Shown: piece by piece, positions 35,258 to 43,871 of the stretch
Layout of the letters: the number at the start of each line of letters is the position of its first letter
Numbering within the stretch: position 1 is the stretch's first letter
Assembly (NCBI GenBank): GCA_036263035.1
Contig: DATAHR010000264.1
Coordinates: forward strand, 1-59,774
Length of the DNA: 59,774 nucleotides
Reading direction: 5' to 3'
From: Gaiellales bacterium
GTDB lineage: Bacteria; Actinomycetota; Thermoleophilia; Gaiellales; JAICJC01
The notes under the pieces: model-generated
Database searches by the model: none
What the model saw: the letters and a program-made list of their open reading frames with translations, nothing else
What the model was told of the DNA's origin: nothing
Position numbers and translations under genes: made by a program

Positions 35258-36367
35258 GTGGCTGTACCCCTGATGGACATCCGCGGGCAGTACGAGCAGC
35301 TGCTGCCCGACATCAAGCGGCTGGTGGGTGAGGTGATCGACTCCGGGCGCTTCATCCTCGGCCCGAACGTGCGGGCGCTCGAGGAGGAGGTGGCCGCCGC
35401 GGTCGGCTACGGCCATGCAGTGGCCGTAGCCAACGGCACCGACGCCATCGAGCTCGGCCTGCAGGCGCTCGGCATTGGCCCCGGGGACGAGGTCGTGACC
35501 ACGGCGTACACGTTCTTCGCAACCGCCGAGGCGATCGCCCGGCGCGGTGCCACGCCGGTGTTCGCCGATATCGATCCGGTCACCCTCTGCCTCGATCCCG
35601 CGGCAGCCGAGGCCGCGATCACCGAGCGGACGCGGGCAGTCATGCCGGTGCATCTGTTCGGCCAGCCGGCCGACCTCGGCCCCTTCCGGGAGCTGGCCGA
35701 CCGCCACGGCATCGCGCTTGTGGAGGACGCGGCGCAGGCATTCGGTGCCACCTACGAAGGGCATCACATCGGCAGCTACGGCGATGTCGCCACGTTCTCG
35801 TTCTTCCCGACGAAGAACCTTCCCGCCATGGGCGACGGCGGGATGGCAATCGCCGCCAGCGAGGAGATCGCAGAGCGGCTGCGCATGCTCCGGTTCCACG
35901 GCTCGCGCGACAAGCGGTCGTTCGAGCACATCGGCGTGAACTCGCGGCTCGACGAGATGCAGGCCGCCATCCTGCGGCGCTTCCTGCCGGAGGTGGAGGG
36001 CTGGAACCAGGCCCGCCGCCGCGCGGCGGCGCGCTACCGTGAGCTCGGCCTCGGTGAGCACGTGGTCGTGCCGGCCGAGCTGCCCGACCGCACGCATATC
36101 TACCACCTGTACGTCGTGCGGACCCCTCACCGGCAGCGGCTGCAGCGGACGCTCAAGGAGGCGGGCGTCGGCGCGGTCGTCTACTACGGCGAGCCGCTGC
36201 ACCTGCAGCCCGTCTTCGCGGGTCTGGGGTACGCGGAGGGCTCGCTGCCGGAGACCGAGGCCGCGGCCCGCGAGGGCCTCGCGCTGCCGATCTTCCCGAC
36301 GCTGACCGAGGCCCAGCAGGCCGAGGTGGTCAATGCGGTGCGCGGCGCGGCGCTGGCCGCGGCGTAG
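35258..36367 (+). CDS. DegT/DnrJ/EryC1/StrS-family sugar aminotransferase
   Basis: LMDIRGQYEQLLPDI...GRFILGP...NGTDAIEL...FSFFPTKNL (PLP Lys)...NSRLDEMQAAIL. Confidence 0.9.
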   Translation: MAVPLMDIRGQYEQLLPDIKRLVGEVIDSGRFILGPNVRALEEEVAAAVGYGHAVAVANGTDAIELGLQALGIGPGDEVVTTAYTFFATAEAIARRGATPVFADIDPVTLCLDPAAAEAAITERTRAVMPVHLFGQPADLGPFRELADRHGIALVEDAAQAFGATYEGHHIGSYGDVATFSFFPTKNLPAMGDGGMAIAASEEIAERLRMLRFHGSRDKRSFEHIGVNSRLDEMQAAILRRFLPEVEGWNQARRRAAARYRELGLGEHVVVPAELPDRTHIYHLYVVRTPHRQRLQRTLKEAGVGAVVYYGEPLHLQPVFAGLGYAEGSLPETEAAAREGLALPIFPTLTEAQQAEVVNAVRGAALAAA

Positions 36368-36384
36368 TCGATACTCAGTCGTCG

Positions 36385-37407
36385 ATGCGCGTCTGGATCG
36401 ACCTCACCAACTCGCCGCATGTCCCCATCTTCGCGCCGCTGATCCGGCGCATGCACGGCCGCGGCTGGGACGTGTCCGTCACCGCCCGTGCCTTCGCCCA
36501 GACGATCGCGCTGCTCGAGCTGCATGGCATCGAGCACACGGTGATCGGGCACCATGGCGGCGGCTCGCGGCTGGGCAAGGCTGAGGCGGCCGCTGACCGG
36601 GTGGTGGCCATGATCCGCTTCGGCCGGCGCGGCCGGTTCGACGCCGCGCTGGCCCACGGGTCGACCGACCTGCCGATGGCCTGCCGGGCGCTTCGCATCC
36701 CGAACACAACGATGTTCGACTACGAGTACGCGGCGCTGCAGCACGGCCTCAACTGCCGCCTGGCCAACCGGGTGCTGATGCCGGATGCCATCCCCGCGCA
36801 GCGGGTAGCGCGCTACGGCGCGCGTCCACCGAAGCTCGTCACGTATCCCGGCCTGAAGGAGGAGTACTACCTTGCCGACTTCGAGCCGGATCCTTCCGTC
36901 CCGGCCGCGCTCGGGCTTGACGGCTCCCGCATCGGCCTGGTGTTGCGCCCGCCCGCGGATGTGGCCCTCTACCACCGGTTCGAGAACCCGCTGTTCGACC
37001 GTCTGCTCGAGGTGCTCGCCGGGCGCGATGACGTTCGGGCGGTGGTTCTGCCGCGCACCTCGGGACAGGCAGACCGCATCCGCGCCATGCAGCTGGGGTC
37101 GCTCGTGGTTCCGGATCACGCGGTCGACGGCCAGAGCCTCGTCGCAGGCGCGGATCTCGTGATCAGCGCGGGCGGCACGATGAACCGTGAGGCGGTCGTG
37201 CTGGGCACTCCCGTCTACACCACGTTCGCCGGCCGGCTGGGAGGCGTCGACGAGCGCCTGATCGCGGAGGGGCGCCTGCGCCCGCTGGAGCGGCTGGATG
37301 ATCTGGTGATCGAGCGCCGGCCGGCCGATGCGCCGGACAGGCTCCGACGCGACCCGGAGCGGCTGATCGACCTGGCCATGGACGGCCTTCCCCGCACGCG
37401 TCGCTGA
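36385..37407 (+). CDS. DUF354-family protein (GT-B / epimerase-like fold)
   Basis: MRVWIDLTNSPHVPIFAPLIRRMHGRGWDVSVTARAF... matches my recollection of the DUF354 N-terminus. C-terminal SAGGTMNREAVVLGTPV. Confidence 0.65.
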   Translation: MRVWIDLTNSPHVPIFAPLIRRMHGRGWDVSVTARAFAQTIALLELHGIEHTVIGHHGGGSRLGKAEAAADRVVAMIRFGRRGRFDAALAHGSTDLPMACRALRIPNTTMFDYEYAALQHGLNCRLANRVLMPDAIPAQRVARYGARPPKLVTYPGLKEEYYLADFEPDPSVPAALGLDGSRIGLVLRPPADVALYHRFENPLFDRLLEVLAGRDDVRAVVLPRTSGQADRIRAMQLGSLVVPDHAVDGQSLVAGADLVISAGGTMNREAVVLGTPVYTTFAGRLGGVDERLIAEGRLRPLERLDDLVIERRPADAPDRLRRDPERLIDLAMDGLPRTRR

Positions 37408-37425
37408 TAGCACGTGGCGGCGGGA

Positions 37426-37431
37426 TAAGCT
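37426..37431 (+). promoter_or_regulatory. -10-like TAAGCT, 6 nt upstream of LysR ATG 37438
   Basis: TAAGCTtcgcttATG. Confidence 0.35.
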
Positions 37432-37437
37432 TCGCTT

Positions 37438-38352
37438 ATGGATCTGCGCCAGCTCCGAACGCTCACCGAGGTCGCGGACCGCGGGTCGTTCTCGGCGGCC
37501 GCGGAGGCGCTTCGCATCAGCCAGCCGGCGGTCAGCCAGCAGATCCGCGCGCTCGAGCGGGATGCGGGCGGTCGCCTGCTCGACCGGCGGGGACGCAGCG
37601 TCGAGCTGACCGAGCGCGGCCGGCTGGTCGTGCGGCACGCGCGGCGCATGCTGGCGCTGTCGGAGGAGTTCCAGCGCGACCTCGAGGCGGGGGGCGGGGA
37701 GCTGGCCGGCCCACTCGTCGTCGGGTCGAGCACCGGCCTGGGTGAGCACGTTCTACCGCTGCTGCTGGGTGGCTTCCGGGCCGAGCACCCCGCGGTGACG
37801 GTCTCGCTCCGCATCGAGGCGACGTCGACGGTGATCGACAGGGTGCTTCGCCGCGAACTCGAGCTCGGCGTCGTCGGCGCCGTGCGGCCCCATCGCGCGC
37901 TGGTGTACGAGCCGTTCCTGCGCGACCGGGTGATCCTTGCGGTGCCCGGGGGCCACCGCTTCGCGGGGCGCACCGTCGAGCTGGCCGAGGTCGTGCGCGA
38001 GCCGTTGATCGTGATGCAGGCGGGCGCCGGAGTGCGCACCGTGATCGACGAGGAGCTGCGGCGTGCGGGCGTGCGTCCGCGCGACCTCAATGTCGCGATG
38101 GAGATGGGCCTGCAGGAGTCCGCCAAGGCGGCCGTCGAGGCCGGCTACGGCGTCAGCTTCCTCTCCGAGCTGGCGGTCGAGCGCGAGCTGCGGCTGGGCA
38201 CGCTGGCGACGGCGGACGTGGCGGGCCTCGAGGTGTCCCGCGACTTCTCGGCCGTGCGTCCCGCGGGCCACGAGCCGGGCCGTCTGGTGGCCGCGTTCAT
38301 GGCGTGGTCGCGCAGGCGGCTGGACGCCGGTGCCGCCGCGCCGACGCCCTAG
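37438..38352 (+). CDS. LysR-family transcriptional regulator
   Basis: MDLRQLRTLTEVADRGSFSAAAEALRISQPAVSQQIRALE plus a substrate-binding domain. Confidence 0.92.
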   Translation: MDLRQLRTLTEVADRGSFSAAAEALRISQPAVSQQIRALERDAGGRLLDRRGRSVELTERGRLVVRHARRMLALSEEFQRDLEAGGGELAGPLVVGSSTGLGEHVLPLLLGGFRAEHPAVTVSLRIEATSTVIDRVLRRELELGVVGAVRPHRALVYEPFLRDRVILAVPGGHRFAGRTVELAEVVREPLIVMQAGAGVRTVIDEELRRAGVRPRDLNVAMEMGLQESAKAAVEAGYGVSFLSELAVERELRLGTLATADVAGLEVSRDFSAVRPAGHEPGRLVAAFMAWSRRRLDAGAAAPTP

Positions 38353-38382
38353 GGAATCGGCTCGGCGGCATTCAGGCCCGGG

Positions 38383-38556
38383 TCAGGCGGCGTCGCTAAG
38401 GTCGCCTTCGTGGCGGCCGTGCCGGGCCGTATCGTCGCCCCGGAAATACCAGGCCAGCAGGCGCTGGATCTGGACGGGATCCCCCTCGGGCGTGTCCTCG
38501 TCCTGTGTCAGGCGCGGTGCGACGACGCGCACCGGCGGATACTCGGAGTTGCTCAT
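38383..38556 (-). CDS. Possible 57-aa hypothetical protein
   Basis: ATG 38556, acceptable GC3, weak GGGGG upstream. It is the C-terminal part of a longer shadow ORF. No homology recognised. Confidence 0.3.
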   Translation of the reverse strand: MSNSEYPPVRVVAPRLTQDEDTPEGDPVQIQRLLAWYFRGDDTARHGRHEGDLSDAA

Positions 38557-38660
38557 CGCGCTGTGAACCCCCAGGCGATCGTGGACGATCTCTCTCACCC
38601 GAGAAGATCGGTTCCGGGGGGCCCGCGCCGTATCCCCCGTCTCGGTGCCGCATGGTGCGC

Positions 38661-38933
38661 CTAAGGGGATCCCGGTTCCCCCGTCCAGCTGTCCAGCTCC
38701 TGCCAGTAGCTGCGGCTGAGCGCGTCGGCCAGACGGGGGTCGGTGTGAGCGCCATAGAACACGTTGCGCTGGGTGTCCGCGCAGACCTCCACCTCGGACA
38801 GGCGCAGGTCGGGCGGCAGCGCCATCACGATGTCGGCTGCCAGCTGCAGCTCGTCTGCGGTGTAGTGCTTGAAGTGCAGGTCGGGCGCGCGGTCGAGCAG
38901 CTCGGGCCAGTCCGGACACGACCGTGTGCTCAT
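38661..38933 (-). CDS. Hypothetical 90-aa protein translationally coupled to the Wzz-like gene
   Basis: ATGA overlap (ATG 38933 / TGA 38930-38932). MSTRSCPDWPELLDRAPDLHFKHYTADELQ.... No family recognised. Confidence 0.55.
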   Translation of the reverse strand: MSTRSCPDWPELLDRAPDLHFKHYTADELQLAADIVMALPPDLRLSEVEVCADTQRNVFYGAHTDPRLADALSRSYWQELDSWTGEPGSP

Positions 38934-39832
38934 GCGGCGGCTTCCCCGCGGCGCCTGCGCCGGCGCAGGGCATCCCACAGCAGGGCCAGGATGACGCCGA
39001 TGATGAGCCCGGCGAAGATGGCCACGATCAGCGAGCTCTTGCGGTTGGAGGCGCTCACCCGCCCGCCCGAGGGCTCCTGCACGAAGGCGGCGGACTCGAC
39101 GTTCTTGGCGCTCTCCTCGAAGATCTCGTTCTGGGTCATCTGGTAGGAGATCTCGTCGATCCGGGAGCCGGCGTCGGAGATCGTTGCGAGCAGCGATCCG
39201 GTCAGGGTCGCCTTGTCGGTGCTGGAGGCATTCGACCTGCTGATCGCCTTCAGCTGCGCCTGGGCCTGCTTCAGCACCGACTGCAGGTTGGCGATCGAGG
39301 TCTTATCCGTTTCCACCTGGGACGACAGCATGTCCACCTTGGCCTGCTGGTAGCGGTTCGCCCACGTGATGAGCGAGTTGCCCAGCGAAGATACAGCCGC
39401 GACCGATGCCTGACGGCTCCAGGGCCCCTGGACGGTGATCTGAACGTTCGGCGAGCCGCCGGTCGTCTTGCTGGTGCTGTTCTGCAGCGCGAGGACGCTG
39501 AGATGCTTGCGCAGGGCGGCGCCGGACTTGATGCCGGCCGCCTGGGCCGCCTTGTCGAGCACCGAGCCGGTGTGCAGGTATGCCTGCGCGGAGGTCGGGT
39601 TCGTCAGCGCGGTGGTGGTGAGCGTCTGGCCGCCGGCCGGCGTCAGCGGCGTCCCGAGGAACACGGTCGCCTGGCCCTGTGACTGCTTCCCGGTGCCGAC
39701 GGTGTGGAGGACGACGAGCAGCACCGCCGCGACCACGGCGATGACGACCACATACCAGTTGCGGATCACCCGCTCGGCATACTCCGAGATTCGTACCTCG
39801 GAAGTCGATTCCGAGCTGAGGTTCTGGGACAC
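38930..39832 (-). CDS. Wzz-like polysaccharide co-polymerase (chain-length determinant topology)
   Basis: N-terminal TM WYVVVIAVVAAVLLVVL, a long Ser/Thr/Gln-rich coiled region, and a C-terminal TM LIVAIFAGLIIGVILALLW followed by RRRRRR. The start is uncertain (GTG 39832, or 39913 which would overlap hddA). Confidence 0.6.
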   Translation of the reverse strand: MSQNLSSESTSEVRISEYAERVIRNWYVVVIAVVAAVLLVVLHTVGTGKQSQGQATVFLGTPLTPAGGQTLTTTALTNPTSAQAYLHTGSVLDKAAQAAGIKSGAALRKHLSVLALQNSTSKTTGGSPNVQITVQGPWSRQASVAAVSSLGNSLITWANRYQQAKVDMLSSQVETDKTSIANLQSVLKQAQAQLKAISRSNASSTDKATLTGSLLATISDAGSRIDEISYQMTQNEIFEESAKNVESAAFVQEPSGGRVSASNRKSSLIVAIFAGLIIGVILALLWDALRRRRRRGEAAA

Positions 39833-39891
39833 GGCGCCGAAGTCTACCGATAGGCTCTGTCGCGTCCGCCGATGGATCGTTGCAATTTCCA

Positions 39892-40911
39892 ATGAACGTC
39901 CGAGCCCGCGCACCGCTTCGAATCAGCTTCGCCGGCGGCGGCACCGACGTCCCTCCGTTCCCCGAGCGGGAGGGCGGCCTCGTCCTCAACGCAACGATCG
40001 ATCGCTATGCGTACGGGCTGCTGCGCCCCCGGCGGGATCGCCAGGTGCGGATCGAATCCGCGGATTTCGGCCTGTCGGTCAACTACCAGGTCGACGAGGC
40101 GCCGATCTTCGACGGTCGGCTCGACCTGGTTAAGGCCGCGATCAGGCGGCTGGGTGATCCGAGCGCGCCGGGCTACGACATCTTCCTGCACTCGAATGCG
40201 CCGCCGGGGTCCGGGCTCGGCTCGAGCTCGACGGTGATGGTGACGCTGATCGGCCTGCTCAAGGACCACCACAACCTGGCGCTGACGGACTACGAGATCG
40301 CTCAGCTGTCGCACCACATCGAGCGGGTCGACATGGGAATGCTGGGCGGTATGCAGGATCAGTACGCGGCCACATTCGGCGGGTTCAACTTCATCGAGTT
40401 CGGGGCGGATCACGTGATCGTCAACCCGCTTCGGGTGAGCGCGGAGGTGGTCAACGAGCTCGAGCACAACATGCTGCTCTGCTACACGGGGGCGACGCGG
40501 CGGTCGGACGGCGTGATCGAGGATCAGACGGCCCGCTACGAGGGCGGGGAGTCGGGCACCCTGGCGGCGCTGCGGGGGCAGAAGCAGCTGGCGGTGGAGA
40601 TGAAGAACGCGCTGGTGCGCCGCCGGCCGCGGGAGTTCGGCGATCTGCTGCATGAGGCGTGGAAGCAGAAGAAGCGGATGTCGCCCAAGATCAGCACGGA
40701 GTTCATCGACACGGCGTACGCCGAGGCCAGGCGTGCGGGCGCGCTGGGCGGCAAGGTGACGGGCGCAGGGGGTGGCGGCTACATGCTGTTCTACTGCGAG
40801 TTCCAGAAGAAGCACCGCGTGGCGGAGGCGCTGACGCGGCTCGGGGGCGTCGTCACGGAGTTCGCGTTCGAGGCTGACGGGCTGACGACCTGGAGCATCG
40901 ACGATGGGTGA
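39892..40911 (+). CDS. hddA: D-glycero-alpha-D-manno-heptose 7-phosphate kinase-like GHMP kinase
   Basis: MNVRARAPLRISFAGGGTD, PPGSGLGSSSTVMV (GHMP motif II) and GAGGGGY (motif III). The context includes gmhA and gmhB. Confidence 0.8.
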   Translation: MNVRARAPLRISFAGGGTDVPPFPEREGGLVLNATIDRYAYGLLRPRRDRQVRIESADFGLSVNYQVDEAPIFDGRLDLVKAAIRRLGDPSAPGYDIFLHSNAPPGSGLGSSSTVMVTLIGLLKDHHNLALTDYEIAQLSHHIERVDMGMLGGMQDQYAATFGGFNFIEFGADHVIVNPLRVSAEVVNELEHNMLLCYTGATRRSDGVIEDQTARYEGGESGTLAALRGQKQLAVEMKNALVRRRPREFGDLLHEAWKQKKRMSPKISTEFIDTAYAEARRAGALGGKVTGAGGGGYMLFYCEFQKKHRVAEALTRLGGVVTEFAFEADGLTTWSIDDG

Positions 40912-41479
40912 TCGCGCGCTGCGCCGGCTGCAGCTGCATGCCGACATGGCGGCCGCACTGGTAACGGCGGAGCTGGCGTCGTCGCTCGAGCGCTGCGCGG
41001 GGGCGGTCGCAGACCGGTTGGAGGCGGGCGGAACGCTTGTCCTGTTCGGCAACGGGGGGAGCGCGGCCGACGCGCAGCACGTCGCTGCCGAGTTCACCGG
41101 GCGCTACATGCTGGAGCGCGATCCGCTGCCGGCCGTTGCCCTTGCCGAGAACGCTGCGGCCGTGACGGCGATCGGCAACGACTACGGGTTCGACCAGGTG
41201 TTCGCGCGCCAGGTTCGGGCCTTCAGGCGAGCGGGCGGAGCTGCGATCGCGCTGTCGACCAGCGGATCCTCCGCGAACGTGCTCGAGGGGCTGCGCGCGG
41301 CGCGGGAGTGCGAGCTGCTGACGGTCGGCGTGACGGGGCCGCGCGGCGAGGCGATGGGGGAGCTGTGCGACCACCTGATCGTGATACCGGCCGATGACAC
41401 GCCGCAGATCCAGGAGGGGACGATGCTCGTCCTGCACACGTTGTGCGAGCTGGTCGAGCAGCGGCTGTTCGCCGGATGA
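40904..41479 (+). CDS. gmhA: Phosphoheptose isomerase (SIS domain)
   Basis: LVLFGNGGSAADAQHVAAEF...TAIGNDYGFDQVFARQV...ALSTSGSSANV. Confidence 0.88.
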   Translation: MGDRALRRLQLHADMAAALVTAELASSLERCAGAVADRLEAGGTLVLFGNGGSAADAQHVAAEFTGRYMLERDPLPAVALAENAAAVTAIGNDYGFDQVFARQVRAFRRAGGAAIALSTSGSSANVLEGLRAARECELLTVGVTGPRGEAMGELCDHLIVIPADDTPQIQEGTMLVLHTLCELVEQRLFAG

Positions 41480-41967
41480 GCGAGCGGGCGGCCTTCCTCG
41501 ACCGGGACGGGACGATCAACGTGAAGGCGCCGGAGGGGGAGTACGTCACCTCGCCGGGCGGCTTCACGTTCCTGCCGGGTGCCGAGCGGGCGATCCGGCT
41601 GCTGGCGGAGGCCGGATGGCGGGTGGTCGTGGTCTCGAACCAGCGCGGCGTCGCCCTCGGCCGGATGACGGCTGCCGATGTGGACGCGGTGAACGCGCGC
41701 ATGGCGCACCTGCCGATCGACGGCATCTTCGTGTGCCCGCACGAACGCGGAGAGTGCGACTGTCGCAAGCCGGGGACGGGGCTGTTCCGCCAGGCACTGG
41801 AGCGGTTTCCGGGGATCGAGATCGAGCGGTCGGTGATGATCGGCGACGCGGACTCCGACATCGAGGCCGGGCGGGCAATCGGCGCTCGCACGTTCCGGGT
41901 GGGCGAGCCGCCGCTGCCGTCGCTGCTTCAGGTCGCCGAGCGGCTCGCCTGCGCACCGGCGAGGTGA
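41476..41967 (+). CDS. gmhB: D,D-heptose 1,7-bisphosphate phosphatase (HAD-IIIA)
   Basis: AAFLDRDGTIN (DxDGT), VVVSNQ, CPHERGECDCRKP (Zn-loop pattern) and IGDADSDIEAG. ATGA overlap with gmhA. Confidence 0.85.
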   Translation: MSERAAFLDRDGTINVKAPEGEYVTSPGGFTFLPGAERAIRLLAEAGWRVVVVSNQRGVALGRMTAADVDAVNARMAHLPIDGIFVCPHERGECDCRKPGTGLFRQALERFPGIEIERSVMIGDADSDIEAGRAIGARTFRVGEPPLPSLLQVAERLACAPAR

Positions 41968-41978
41968 TTCACACCTGC

Positions 41979-42194
41979 GTCACGAACCCGTAACGCCCTT
42001 CGTTGCCGGTACGGGCTCCGAGCCCGACCCGGCCTGCGACACAGCTTCGTGGCCGATCCGTTGCGCGGGTGACGACGGCGGTGACCGTCATCTGGCTCGA
42101 CTGGCTGGATGCCGCCCGGCAAGGGCTCTGAGCCCGACTCCGGCGACGCCGGCCGGTCGTTGCACGGTTGTGACGCTTTGTTACGGGTTCGTGG
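41979..42194. repeat. Composite intergenic element, copy 2: related terminal inverted repeats flanking two copies of the palindrome GGGCTCYGAGCCC
   Basis: Left GTCACGAACCCGTAACGCC (41979-41997). Right GTTACGGGTTCGTGG (42180-42194) is its reverse complement over 14 nt. GGGCTCCGAGCCCGACCCGGC lies at 42013-42033 and GGGCTCTGAGCCCGACTCCGGC at 42123-42144 (110 bp apart). It lies between convergent genes. Confidence 0.6.
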
Positions 42195-42248
42195 CCACGC
42201 CGCACCCGTGAGCAGTCACGAAGTGGTCACGACACGGTTGCTGCCGTT

Positions 42249-42289
42249 GCCGGAGGACGGGCGGGAGGGAGTATGACCCGCCCTCCGGC
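42249..42289 (-). terminator. GC-rich hairpin immediately 3' of the minus-strand gene ending at 42298 (terminator-like, no U tract)
   Basis: GCCGGA..GGGCGGG / CCCGCCC TCCGGC arms (13 bp with a 4-nt bulge) around an 11-nt loop. It starts 9 nt past the stop codon. Confidence 0.4.
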
Positions 42290-42297
42290 GTGGCAGC

Positions 42298-42687
42298 TCA
42301 AGCTGCGACGGGCTCTGGCACCTCGGCGCTGCCAAGCCACTGCAGCGCCTCGGCGGCGGCCTGCCGGCCGGCGGCGAAGACGCCCTCGACGTTGGTACGC
42401 GTCGAGTTCTCCGCCGTGACCAGTCGGCCGTACCGATCGTGCGCAAGCCAGTCGCGGTAGACGGCCGGAAGAGGGCCGTTGTCGGTGGCGATCACGACCG
42501 CGCGTCCGCGCAGCTCACGCTCGCCGTCCCACACGCGCAGCGGACGGTGGAGCAGGTCGACGCGGGTCGGGATCATGGGCACCACCATCGGGTGAAGTCC
42601 ATTCAGCCGGGCAACGGTGGACGCCTCGACGACGGCGGCGCCGCTCCCGACGATGATCAGATCGTGGATGTCGGTAATGCTTTCCAT
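42298..42687 (-). CDS. Thioredoxin-reductase-like FAD-domain-only protein (129 aa; NADPH domain and CxxC absent; possible relic)
   Basis: DLIIVGSGAAVVEAS (FAD GxGxxG), AVVIATDNG and NVEGVFAAG are the segments flanking the place where the NADPH domain would be. ATG 42687 is preferred to 42804, which overlaps the GT4 start. Confidence 0.5.
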   Translation of the reverse strand: MESITDIHDLIIVGSGAAVVEASTVARLNGLHPMVVPMIPTRVDLLHRPLRVWDGERELRGRAVVIATDNGPLPAVYRDWLAHDRYGRLVTAENSTRTNVEGVFAAGRQAAAEALQWLGSAEVPEPVAA

Positions 42688-42772
42688 GCAGACATCGTCC
42701 TCGACTGCCGGGGCGGCGACCAGGGGGTTAACCGCACCGAGCGGTGTGGCTCCCCGGCGTCTGTCGCCTCGA

Positions 42773-42778
42773 TAGCCT
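42773..42778 (+). promoter_or_regulatory. -10-like TAGCCT, 6 nt upstream of GT4 ATG 42785
   Basis: TAGCCTgccgcgATG. Confidence 0.35.
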
Positions 42779-42784
42779 GCCGCG

Positions 42785-43858
42785 ATGCGCATCGTCATCG
42801 CCAACCCGCCCGGGTTCGGCGGCCCCGACTACGACCATCACCTCTGCACCGCGCTCGCCGCCGAGGGCGAGGATGTCGAGCTGGTCACCACCCGCTTTCG
42901 CTTCGGCGCCATGCCCGAGCCGGATGGATACCGCCGCAGCCTGCTCTTCTACCCCGTCTCCGCCCGCCTTTTCGGCCGCTCCCGGCTGCGGGTGCCGGTC
43001 AAGATCGCCGAGCATCCGTTCGGCATGCTCCAGCTGGCGCGCCGGCGGGCTGACGTCGTCCACGTCCAGTGGCTCTCAATCCCCGAGCTCGATCGGTACC
43101 TGCTGCGAAGCCGCGCACCGCTCGTCTACACCGCCCACGACCACACCCAGCGCCGCACCGCCGGCAAGTCCCGCATGTGGAGTGAGCTCTACGCGCGCTT
43201 CCAGCGCATCGTCGCCCACTCCGAGTCCGGCCGTCAGGCCCTGGCCGCACAGGGCATCCCCGAGCACAAGCTGCGGGTCATCCCGCATCCGATCATCCGC
43301 AGCGACCCGCCTCGCACGGACGACGGCCGCACCCTGCTCTGCTTCGGGCTGATCCGCCCCTACAAGGGCATCGACGACGCGATCGAGGTGACGCGCCTGG
43401 TCGACGGCGCCCGCCTGCTGGTCGCCGGCGATCCCATGGAGCCGGTCGAGCGCTACCAGCGGCAGGCCGGCGACCTCGCCGAGTGGCGCCTCGGCTACCT
43501 GCCGCAGGCCGAGGTCGACCGCGCCTACGGCGACGCCACGCTGGCCATCTTCCCCTACAAGCCCGGCCTCGACCAGTCCGGCACCCTCCTGCGCGCCCTT
43601 GGCGCCGGCGTCCCGGCGGTCGCCTATGACGTGGGCGGCCTCGGCGAGAACATCCGCCGGTTCGACGCCGGACGGGTCGTGCCCGCCGGCGACGTCGAGG
43701 CGATGGCCGCCGCCGTCCGCGAGCTGCTTGACGACCCCGGGGCGCTGGCCGCCGCCCGACGCGGAGCCCTGATCGCCCGCGACACCCTCACCTGGCCGGC
43801 CTCGGCTCGGATGCACATCGAGCTCTACCGGGAGCTGCTCGGCGGCTCGAGTTCCTAG
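42785..43858 (+). CDS. GT4-family (GT-B) glycosyltransferase
   Basis: MRIVIANPPGFGGPDY and a C-terminal FPYKPGLDQSGTLLRALGAGVPAVAYDVGGLGE (E-x7-E-like region). Confidence 0.85.
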   Translation: MRIVIANPPGFGGPDYDHHLCTALAAEGEDVELVTTRFRFGAMPEPDGYRRSLLFYPVSARLFGRSRLRVPVKIAEHPFGMLQLARRRADVVHVQWLSIPELDRYLLRSRAPLVYTAHDHTQRRTAGKSRMWSELYARFQRIVAHSESGRQALAAQGIPEHKLRVIPHPIIRSDPPRTDDGRTLLCFGLIRPYKGIDDAIEVTRLVDGARLLVAGDPMEPVERYQRQAGDLAEWRLGYLPQAEVDRAYGDATLAIFPYKPGLDQSGTLLRALGAGVPAVAYDVGGLGENIRRFDAGRVVPAGDVEAMAAAVRELLDDPGALAAARRGALIARDTLTWPASARMHIELYRELLGGSSS

Positions 43859-43871
43859 AATCCCGGTCGCT

